Below are positions 53,088 through 64,000 of a DNA stretch of 64,000 nucleotides, piece after piece. The stretch spans positions 31,806,001-31,870,000 of the forward strand of contig OX597823.1 of assembly GCA_951406725.2 (NCBI GenBank), read 5' to 3'. The notes beneath the pieces were generated by a model. The model had not been told where the DNA came from. It saw nothing but the letters and a program-made list of their open reading frames with translations, and searched no databases. This stretch comes from Octopus vulgaris. Lineage: Eukaryota. Within the stretch, counting starts at the first letter, position 1, and each line of letters starts with the position of its first letter. The position numbers and the translations under genes are program-made.

Positions 53088-55087
53088 CACACACATACAC
53101 ACACATATATATATATATATGTGTGTGTGTATGTATACATATATATATATATACATATATATATATGTATGTATATATATATTTATACACACACAGACAC
53201 ACACACACACACACACATGATAATTTGGTGGTCCCAGGGAGAAGAGAGGAGAGGGTGTTATGAACACTGTAACATGCAGGTGTGTAGAACAATAATAACG
53301 GAGGAAGAATGGCTGACAAGTGAGGTGGTTCTGGATAACAAGAAAGAAAAGTGGTAGCAAGGAGAAAGAGGTGCAGTGTGAGGAGGGGCATTGATTGAGG
53401 TGCTCATTTATGCATATATAATTTATATAGACACACACGTGTGTGTGTGTGTGTGTGTGTAATAACTGACAGACATCTGAAACACAACAATGACTATATA
53501 TATTTACTGAACAGCTGCTGTGTATCTTTTTTTATTCTGTACATTAAATGTGAAACTAATGAAATTAACTCTGAAATTTGATGTCAATCAAAAATATTGA
53601 TTTAAGATGATTTAATTACATTCATAGTATTTGTTTTAGTACTTTAAAAAACACCCCCATGTTGGGTAAGTTCATTTGAATGTTATCCATCTGTTTTCTC
53701 ATGCTAACATTGATTTGACAAATGCATATTATAGAGTTATTGTTTCACCACTGGACACTTTTCCTGTAGCTAACCCTTAACTTTTTTTTTTTTTTGAGAA
53801 AAGGATTTTTAAAAAAAATTTCTCTCCTGGAAAACAATGCTAGAAGACAGCTTGTTGGCAAGGGATATCAAGAAATGTCACATCACTAATTTGAACTCAA
53901 TATCTTCTTGCTAAGATGCAGAAGGTAAACATTCACATAAGGATACACATGCTCACACACACGTATACATATGTATATGTCTCTATATGTGTGTGCATAT
54001 GTATATATATTATATATACACACACACATATGCACACAATTGGCTTCTGTGCAATTTCTGTTTGCCAATTCTATCAACCAAAACTCATTTATAGGGGCCA
54101 CTTTAGGTCCTTAATCTTGCGAGTTGCAAGATGATCTTCCTAGGACTAGTATCATGAAAAAGTGTGCAGCACTCTTTATAAAGTGGTTTGCATTAGGAAG
54201 AGCATCCAGCCCTTAAAACCATGCCAAAGAAGATATTGGAACTTAATGCAGTTCTCCACCATGTCAGATCCTATCAAACCATCCAACTCATGCCAACATG
54301 GATGACAGATGTTAAATGTTTATACATATTACCTACATAAATAAATACATACATACATATATACATGTACCGCTCTCTCTCTCTCTAACTGGGTAACCAT
54401 GTACCTCTATGGCAACACACCTATTTCTGCCTCTCTATTTCTCTGTTACACTCTAACCTTTCATCATTTGATACTGGATCACCTCCTCCTAATGCCCCCT
54501 CTGTTGTGGCAAGACACCTGCTTCTGTTTCTCTGTCTCTTTATCACACTCTAACTTTCATCCTCTGACACAAATGCCCTGCCCCTCTCAGAATTCCTTGT
54601 CTTGTGAGTTACGTGGTTATCCTGCCAGTGCTGGTTCCACGTTAAAAGTATCCAGTAACATGGTTGGTGTCTGGAAGGGCATCCAGCTGTAAAAATCTTG
54701 CCAAAGCTAACCTCGCCTGTGCTAGTATCATGCAAAAAGCACTGGGTCCATTCTGCAGACTGTTTGATGTTTGGAAAGGCATCCAAAACAAATACAAGAG
54801 CCTTGGGTAGATTTACTACTTTACCAGCTCCTACCCATGTATACATGGGAGATGGACGTTAAATGATGATGATGATGATGATATGCTCGAGATATGAGAC
54901 TAGAAAAACAGCCAACAACTGATGAAGGGTCGTTCTTTATGTTGTTTGTCTTGTTTTCCATTTGTTCAAAAGAATAGTTCATGTTCCAGGTACTCGTACT
55001 TCGTATTTTTTTATTTTACACATTTCATGACGTCCTGTGCCCACATATGCATATATATACGTATAGATGTAAGTATGTATATATACG

Positions 55088-55185
<98 letters not shown>

Positions 55186-55254
55186 TGTATGTATATATGT
55201 ATGTATATATGTATGTATATATGTATGTATATATATATGTATATATATATATAT

Positions 55255-56132
55255 TGAAATATTAGTGCTAAGCAGTGTTTAGGCATAAGCAAAATATAGA
55301 TTAGTTGAAATATGTTTTGTGAAGTATTTCAACTGCTAAAAGCCAAATACACTGCAGTTACCATGGATAATATATCTCTCTTATAGGGTGTTTTCACACC
55401 TTTTTACCATAAGAATGATATATTTTCAACAGTAACTGCAGTACATTATTTATATTTACCGGATATTTGTCCTCATCTTCTTTGTTGTTAAAACAATGTT
55501 TCGGCTGATATACCCTCCAGCCTTCATCAGGTGTCTTGGGGAAATTTCGAACCTGGGTTCTCATTCCTAAGGTATTTTTCGATATCATCATCATCATCGT
55601 TTACATTATTTACATTTTATGGATAGTTGTCCTCATCTTGTTTATTGTTGACTCAAAGTTTCAGCGGATATACCCTCCAGCCTTCATCAGTTGTCTTGGG
55701 GAAATTTTGAACCTGGGTTTTCATTCCTACGGTATTTTTCAATGTTGTTGTTGGTGGTGGTATCGTCATCGTCGCCGCCGTCATCATTGTTGTTGACTAT
55801 CTGGAATTGAACTCAGAATCTTGGTGTTAGTAGCCTGTGCTCTAACCACTACGTAATAATAACATAGAATGAGAATCCAGGTTCGAAATTTCCCCAAGAC
55901 ACCTGATGAAGGCTGGAGGGTATATCAGCCAAAATGTTGCGTTAACAACAAACAAGATGAGGACAAATATTTGTTAAATGTAAATAATGTACATAATTCC
56001 TCATCTCTTAAATATAGAACTGTAGTAACTGCAATGTATTTGTCTTTTAGCTGTCGAAATATGTCAGAAACATATTTCAACTAACCCAAATTTTGCTTAT
56101 ACCTAAACACTACTTAGCACTGACTTTTCAAA
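55255..56132 (-). mobile_element. Composite element D: tRNA head plus two tandem HHR units on -, inverted HHR unit on +, outer inverted arms
   Basis: Head 55853-55796 (-); ccttcatcag cores at 55521 and 55681 (160-bp spacing); inverted unit 55866-56020; 55255-55361 is an imperfect reverse complement of 56025-56132. Confidence 0.8.
55490..55535 (-). ncRNA. Minimal type I hammerhead motif (best-preserved family D copy)
   Basis: GACAC-CTGATGA-A-GGCTG gagggtatat CAGCC-GAAAC-ATT-GTTTT; consensus across copies gives GAAAC GTT GTGTT (palindromic stem III, stem I GACAC/GUGUU). Confidence 0.65.
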
Positions 56133-56444
56133 ATATACACACACTCACTCACACATTACATACAGATAAAGGATTATTGTTTGAATACTGATTTTGCATA
56201 CTACAAACAAGAGAATTCAGTACTGTATGTCAAGGGGATACATCACCTTACTTGAAAATAGATGAAGGTTTGTGACAGTTAGGACATCCAGCTGTAGAAA
56301 ATGTGCCTCAATAAACAATGTCTGACCCATGCAAACATGGAAAACTTGACATTAAAACAGTGACCATAATGATGATTCATACACACACAAATACTTTTAT
56401 ATACATGCGTGTGTGTGTGTGTATTTGTGTATCGCTGATGTATA

Positions 56445-56820
56445 ATCTTTTCTACTCTTGGCACAAGGCCCAAAACTTTTGGGGAGGGGGGCAGTCGATT
56501 AGACCAACCCTAGTACACAACTGGTACTTAATTTATTAACCCCGAAAGAATGAAAAGCAAAATCAACCTCAGCAGAATTTGAACTCAGAAACTAACAGCA
56601 GATAAAATACCTATTTCTTTACTACCCACAAGGGGCTAAACATAGAGAGGAAAAACAAGGACAGACATTATATCGACCCCAGTGCGTAACTGGTACTTAT
56701 TTAATTGACCTCGAAAGGATGAAAAGCAAAGTCGACCTCGGTGGAATTTGAACTCAGAACGTAATAGCAGACGAAATACGGCTACGCATTTCGCCCAGCG
56801 TGCTAACGTTTCTGCCAGCT
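56445..56820 (-). mobile_element. Tandem family B SINE
   Basis: Two B bodies in tandem. Confidence 0.85.
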
Positions 56821-57989
56821 TTTTGCTGATGTATAATAGAAAAATATGTAAGAATCGATAAGAAACCACAAAATGTTTTTTCTTTCAAAGTTTCTTGTGA
56901 CATTTGTTCTGCACCAAGTTACAGTCACTCTCTTGTCACTGTCGCCATCAGAAAATAAGTAACCTATCTATAACCAGTAACACTGCTGTTTGTCAGTTAC
57001 TGTATAATGTCAAAATATGATAGATGCATGCGTGTATATGCTAGTGTATACAAAGCTCCCTTAATTAATTAATATTGTAAAAGTCATCAAATTAATGCCA
57101 AATTTAAAAACAAATTAATGAAAGAAAATGTTGGGCCACAAGAAATTCCAAGATGGAAAAAAGATTTTAGAAAATAGTTTCCAAGCAACTGCTTGATCTA
57201 AATAGCTATTTTACACTCCACTTGGCACTTCTTTGAGAATGGGGGGAAGGAAGGGGTTAGGGTGCACTTTCTCTTTCCCCAACTGTGCTGTGCTTATGTT
57301 AAACCAAACAACCCAGAACCACCGACCCTGTGGGAGAGAACATCTTTCATTATCACACCATATGATAACTCTTGTTATTCTCTTTCACTCCAGATACACT
57401 CCTCCCCCCTCTCTTACTCTCTTTTTTTCTCATCTTCTTCTGGAATTCTGCTGAGTATATTGTTTTTACCATTTCCCAACATCCAGTCTATTCTTTTTTA
57501 AACTCTCAGGATTGGATTTTTTGCCTTTCTCCCCCCCATCCCATCAAATTTTTAGGGTCTTCCAGCCCCAACTTGCAGATACATTATTTCTATTTAGGTT
57601 AAAAGGAATATTTTGCTTTTGTCTGATTGTGTGTGTGTGTGTGTGTGTGTGTGTATTCATATATGTCTATGTGCATTTATAAATATATGTGTGTGTGACT
57701 ACATAGACGCGTGAGTATGTATGCTTGCATATGTGTGTCTGTGTTTATGCAAATGTACATACATACCTCTATGTGTGTTTGTGTGTGTGTGTGTAAACAG
57801 TCATGGCTGTGTGTTTAAGAAGTTCACTTCCCAACCACATGGTTTTGAGTTCAATCCCACTGCATGGCACCTTGGGCAAGGGTCTTCTACTCTAGCTCAA
57901 GACACACGAATGCCTTGTGATCAGATTTGACATACAGAAGCTAAAATACAGGTGGATGAGCATGTGTTTGTATGTGTCTCCTTGTCTTC

Positions 57990-58480
57990 ACATCATCATC
58001 ATCATCATCATCCATCATTTTAAATCCAGGTTTTGTCCCCGTTGCAGGGGTGGCTGTATCTACCTCAATGCCATAGCAACCGCCCTCACACCGTCTCGCC
58101 ATCTTGCTCGGTTTTGGGTGTCCTCCCTTCTCAAGCCCAGCCCTTCCAATCTCCTCCACCTGTCCCCTCCACATTTTCGTCAGTCTACCTTGCTTCCGCT
58201 GTCCATTTACCTCAAACTCTAGCACCCTCCTCAGAACATGCTCTTCGTCCCTCCTCAACACATGCCCATACCACCGCACTCCATTCTCCCTTGCCAGCCA
58301 TTTCACTGATTCCTCCAACCCCAGCATCCCCATCGAGTCCTCAGTCCTCCTTTTATCAAACAGCCTCATGCCACACTTTTCTCTCACCATTGCTCTCTCA
58401 GTTCTTTTCAAAATCGCCATCTCTCTCTCCCTCAAACACCATGTCTCACTCCCATACAGCATTGTAGCTCTCACACGTGA
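57990..58480 (-). mobile_element. RTE LINE 3' end with (GAT)n tail
   Basis: ORF 57941-58474: MLYGSETWCLRERE…RTERAMVR…VRWYGHVLRRDEEHVLRRVLEFEVNGQRKQGR, typical RTE C-terminal region. Confidence 0.92.
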
Positions 58481-59204
58481 TATTAGTAAACCTACTTCAT
58501 GATCAAAGAAGCAGTGTCATTCATTTCCAAACTTCCATGAAAGTGTGTCCAACCATAAGAAAAATATTACCTTTCTTGAGAGCAGGTGAGAGTTGTTAAC
58601 AGGTAGAGCTTCCAGCTATAGAGAATCTGCCTTAACAAATCCTGTCTGACCCATACAAACCTAGGAAAGTAGATATTCAAATGATGATGATGATGTCTAT
58701 GTGTGCACGTGTAATGTATATACCTTTCATCTTTTACTTGATTCCATTATTGGACTGCAGCCATACCGCAGCACCATCTTGAAGGGTTTAGTCAAACAAA
58801 TTGGCCCCAGTATTTATTTTCTAAGCCTGATACTTATTCTACCAGTTTCTTTTGCCAAAGTGCTAAGTTACAGGGATGTAAACAAACCAACACTGGTTGT
58901 AAACACACACACACACACACACACACATATATGGTTTTGGTTGGACCAAGGCTATAGTAGAAGACACTTGCCCAAGGTGCTATGCAGTGGGACTGAACCC
59001 AGGTCCATGTTGTCAGGAAGCAAGCTTCTTACCACACAGCAATGCTTGCATCTATATATGTGTCTATCTTATTTTTAAATGGCAGATGTTACAAAGTGCT
59101 TCAGGGGCCAAGCGTTTTGTGTACGGCACCTATCAAACCACTTGTTCTCAAGCAACTTTGTAACTTCTGTACCAATTAAAAACAAAAGGTATATATACAC
59201 TCAT

Positions 59205-59410
59205 GATGATGATGATCATCATCGTTTAACGTCTGCTTTCCATGCTAGCATGGGTTGGGCAATTTGACTGAGGACTGGCGAACCAGATGGCTGCACCAGG
59301 TTCCAATCTGATCTGGCAGAGTTTCTACAGCTGGATGCCCTTCCTAATGCCAACCACTCCGAGAGTGTAGTGGGTGCTTTTACGTGCCACCGGCACAAGG
59401 GCCAGTCAAA
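59205..59410 (-). mobile_element. Family C retroposon
   Basis: Near-consensus body. Confidence 0.85.
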
Positions 59411-59570
59411 TAGGTGTCCTCATCTTGTTTGTTGTTGCACTTGCATCAAACACTGTTTACAAAACTGCTTTGTTGTATTTAACAGCTTGATAAATGGTGA
59501 AATAAATTAATATTCCAACCAGGAAACCATGGGTAGCTGCATGAAAATCATGCCACACTGATGCGTGTGC

Positions 59571-59607
<37 letters not shown>

Positions 59608-61934
59608 ATAAATTATAAAGAAGGTGTTGAAACTTCTAAGGGATAGATGTATCCAGAGGCACTCCTGGTGATTACCTCAGTATGTATGGTCCTTGTTATA
59701 ATGTATACGGCAGCAGGTAATTTAAAATACATAGTTTAATGTATATAAAGACGATAAGAAAATGGAGAAATAAATAACAATAAGAAGTGAATCTTAGGTA
59801 TTATAAAGCCATTATTTAATTAATCAATTAGTTAATTAATTAAGTAAAATGCAGCTCGGATAACAGAGTCAACAACTATTGAAAAGGTTGCAAGACACAA
59901 CGAAAAGTATAGAAAAATAAATAAATGAATGGAAACTTTACCGGTGAGTGTGTTAAATAACAAGGCACTAAAAGAGAATGACTACCCAGACACAACAAAA
60001 TATGCTTCAACACATGAACTCACATAAAGAATCTTGCAAACTAAATCCAAAAACGAAATATACATATATATATATATAAACATACATACATACATACATA
60101 CATACACACACTTACACACATACAACGAGCTTCTTTCAATTTACTTCTACAAGATCAAGTCACAAGGCTTTGGTCAGCCCGGGGCCCATGGCTATTGTAC
60201 AAGGCACTTAACCAAGGTACAACACAGTAAGATTGAATCCCCAAACCATGTGGTTGAGAAGCAAACTTCTTAACTACGCGGTCATGCTTGTGCCTATATA
60301 TTAAAATCGTCAATGAAATTGTGTGGTCATAAGGAAATATTACCTTATTTGGAAACAGGTAAGGGTTTGTGCCATGGAAAATCTGCCTCAACAAATTCTC
60401 TCTGAGCCATACAAGCATACAAAAGTGGACACTGAAACAATGATAAGGATTGAGGTGTATTTTATATATTAATACGCACAATGTATGTATAAATAGGAGT
60501 TATTTATGCATTTAATTTTAACTAAAGAAGCCCTCAATGCATAGGGTATTTATTTTCACACAAGAGAAAGATTGAGAATTGTTAAAACAATAGGTGTGTG
60601 TGTGTGTGTGTTACATTAGTAGTTTGACATCTGGAAGTAGCAATTTCTCACTTAAGCACAACACCACTGACTTGTAAATGGTAGGGCTTCTTTGCTAATT
60701 GAATTTTAGCCTCACTGCATTACTAAGACTCTCTTCCAAAAGAACCCCAGTGGAATTTGAGCACTTAACACACACAAAAAAAAGGTACCTAAGTAACTTA
60801 ATACTACTACAAGATGTTTACTCTGGAACTGTCTGAGACTGTCTCTGACACACTGGTTCCACCGACATCTGGATTTAATCGGTGATATCAGCAGTTGTTG
60901 AGGAAATTTTAATTCACTTTTTCTTTTAATTTTTTTTTGTGTTCTTGACACAAAGGTGTCAAGAACAACATGTTTGGTGACTTCACTGATTCCAAAGAAA
61001 TTTGGTTAATCTAAACTGAGAAGGTTCTCACACAATTGTGCTGCCTTTAACAATAGACTTTTTACTTTTTATTTATGCATGTAGAATTAACCGTTTATGA
61101 AGCCAAGAAGAAAACTATTTTGTTTTCCTTTTGTCTTGTTTTGTATCAGTTCATATGTAAAATGTGAATGTTTTCAGAATCCCTAGGAGGCATTCTTAAG
61201 TAGAAGTTGTTAGCTCCAATCAGGATTTTATAGCATTACGTGAACGAGAGATAATTCTACCCCCAATGCTTGATAATATGCCAGTCTTTGACTGGTAACA
61301 ATTAGTAATATTATCTGATATATAATAGAAATACTTCCTTGATCTACTGGGGAGTTTGAAGGACCACTGGTGTTTAAGTGTGTGGGAGATTAATCTTCTC
61401 TGGATGAGATACTGGCTTATTGCAGCTAATACTTCTCAGATGATCATGTTTACTGAACTGAACTGTGGTGAGGTAGAATAAACCGTTCTGTTCAGGAATG
61501 TGACAAAACACCCGCAGTAGATTTGAACATTAAACCTCTGAGTTAGTATACTTATGTGTTATCCATCCAGCCATCTCATCTCTTTCGATAATCCTTTGTT
61601 GATAACTGTTCTTCATTGACAGCTAGGTGAACTAAGGGAATGTAGAATAAAGTGTTCTACACAGATATGCAGCAAAACTTGGAAGAAGCTTTAATACCTC
61701 TCAAAGTAATGCTGAATGGTTCCATATTTTCTACAGTCGGACGCCCTTCCTAATGCCAACCACTTCACAACGTGCTGGGTGCTTTTTTTTTTTTGTAACA
61801 CCAGCACTCATTAGACTGTTATGCAACTTACAAGACTGAGATAATTTTCATCTGAGTGAGGCCACAATAGAGACAGGCAGCTTTATGCTATGAGTTGAGA
61901 AATTATACATTCACATCAATGGAAATTGTAGCTG

Positions 61935-62309
61935 TGATACCAGTGCCGGTGGCACATAAGAGAACCATCCGAATGTGGCCATTGCTAGCGCCGCCCCTAC
62001 TGGCTTCCATGCCGGTGGCACGTAAAAAGCACCATCCGATCGTGGCCATTGCCAGCCTCGCCTGGCCTCCGTGCCAGTGGCATGTAAAAAGCACCATCCA
62101 ATCGTGGCCGTTTGCCAGCCTCATCTGGCACGTAAAAAGCACCCACTACACTCATGAAGTGGTTGGCGTTAGGAAGGGCATCCAGCCGTAGAAACATTGC
62201 CAGATCAGACTGGGCCTGGTGCAGCCTTCTGGCTTCCCAGACCCCAGTTGAACCATCCAACCCATGCCAGCATGGAAAGCGGACACTAAACGATGATGAT
62301 GATGATGAT

Positions 62310-62310
<1 letters not shown>
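61935..62310 (+). mobile_element. Family C retroposon with ~60-bp internal tandem units
   Basis: gtgccggtggcacgtaaaaagcaccatccg-type unit x4, then conserved body and (gat)n tail; closely matches 29411-29780. Confidence 0.9.
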
Positions 62311-62341
<31 letters not shown>

Positions 62342-62499
62342 ATATGTGTGGGGTGGGGTATATATGTCTGCATGAATGTCTGTGTATATATATGGTTTAT
62401 TTGTCAGTTTACATTTTCTGTATTTACAGGTGTGATCTCAAATCATTATTAAGTATTTTTAATTCTGGACATGTACAAGTTGGAATCTAGTTTGGGACT

Positions 62500-63020
62500 A
62501 TGTACTCAGTCCTGGAGCTAATCCACACATAGTCTGACATTAAACCAATCAAAGACATCATCTAGACATGAAGGTAGAGATGGGTGGAATGTGTCCATAA
62601 ATCTCCTCTTTGATCTTGTACTCATGCCATGAGATGCTATGAGCCCTCATGATAATGCTGCTGTATGTACCATCATGATAATCCTGGTTTTTGTACAAAT
62701 CAAAGTAATCTTGAAGCTCCTTCTCCACCGTTTTGGTTTTTGCCCTGTAGACAAGAATGTTCTCACCACATGCAAGGTAGGGTTTACTGCCATTGATATG
62801 TTGACCACTAGACAATATCAGACGTTTTATTTTGGAGGTTTGCACAACCTGGATGAGGACAAGAAAAACCACATTGATGTTATAAACAACTACACATGAA
62901 GTTGAGGGCCCACCAAAGCTTACGAGGGGTAGAGACTAATGACATGGTATGATGGGATAGATCTTGGTTGCAGCCTCTCAACAGAGTAAAAATGGTGTTA
63001 TTAGTTGCAACAGCATCAGC
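62500..63020 (-). mobile_element. Decayed RTE-type LINE fragment
   Basis: Minus ORF …ENILVYRAKT…DGTYSSIIMRAHSISWHEYKIKEEIYGHIPPIS resembles RTE LDGxYxRxLRxAxNxSW…EELYGxLPPIS. Confidence 0.65.
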
Positions 63021-63620
63021 TGTAAGTATTGTAAGTATATAATGCACAGGTGAAATTAATAGTTTGGAAAATTATAATCTGATTAACAAACAACTAATCT
63101 TAGCCATTGAAGAGGTCTTTGTTGCAGCAGCAGTAGCAGCAGCAGCAGTAGCAGCAGCAGCAGCAGAAGACTGGAGCTTTTTAGATTTTTACATTTTCAA
63201 ACTTAAGAATGTTGTGCTATGCAAATGATTTGATACATGGTTCAAATTGTATGAGAAGTTCTTGATTGAAAACATTTTCAGATATAGAAGAAGAAAAAAA
63301 AACTGATTAAAACTCATGATGTTGAATTCTTCAACTTTAGTCTAAAATCAGCATCTTCATCTTCATTCTCTCTCAGATATTTTTTTTTTCTTTACTTTTC
63401 TAGCAGAATTCACAAATATATTTGTACTAAATGCTATCTTAAGGAATCAATTTCTCTTCTGATAAAGAATTAAATCCTAATTAATTTACTGAACTATGAA
63501 GAAGCGTCACCGTTTCTTAATTCTTTAGATCCTCTATTTTTACTAAAATTATATAGTTTTTGTTATTATTGTTCTTATTCTTTCTGCAGCTATAAATAAG
63601 ATCAATGAGTTTAGTGTGTG

Positions 63621-63656
<36 letters not shown>

Positions 63657-64000
63657 TGTGTGTGTATGTGTGTGTGTGTGTGAAGAAATTCTATAAATGT
63701 CTTTAACAATACAGGAAAGTAAATCAAATCCAGTATCAACTTGAAGAATGGTAAAGTTTTTAATGCCATGCTTTGATCTGTAAGCATTTTCTTGGCTCTT
63801 TAACAATTTTTCTTTTTCCCTTTTTTTTTTTGCTTTTTCCAGCTAAAGTTAAAATTTCTTGTTTGTCGTTTTGTTTCCTGTTGTTCTTTTTCTTTTTTGC
63901 TATATTGATTTTTCTCCTTCAAATCCTACTTTTCCGTTTATTTGCTGTCATGATTTGTGACAAAATACTGTTATTTGTTAAATGAACTGGATGCCCTCAA

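Noticed and set aside
63200-64000. Lys/Glu-rich minus-strand stretches suggesting a decayed ORF
   Set aside because: Many stops and frameshifts, interrupted by a microsatellite, no identifiable motif.

Overview
AT-rich, microsatellite-saturated eukaryotic DNA. The repeat families match my recollection of Octopus (coleoid cephalopod) SINEs, though no search was run. No complete protein-coding gene is visible; nearly all ORF-track entries are microsatellite, SINE or decayed LINE/transposase translations. The window holds dozens of SINE copies (here called families A, B, C, F), RTE-clade LINE fragments, Tc1/mariner remnants, several MITEs with clear target-site duplications, a 169-bp tandem array and several fold-back structures, including a perfect 290-bp palindrome. 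The best gene signal is a putative minus-strand first coding exon (ATG AGT AAA AAG|GTGAGT, 8126-8115) beside a CpG-rich promoter-like zone; a second CpG-rich zone lies at about 30.5-36 kb. The most notable signal is a set of hammerhead-ribozyme (HHR) motifs in non-coding repeats. One family joins a tRNA-derived Pol III head to a Penelope-type minimal HHR unit and occurs twice (13.1-13.6 kb, 55.3-56.1 kb) with the same inverted/tandem architecture. A second family carries a compact type I HHR with a GNRA-capped stem II. These suggest ribozyme-bearing, possibly Penelope-mobilised SINE or retrozyme-like elements.
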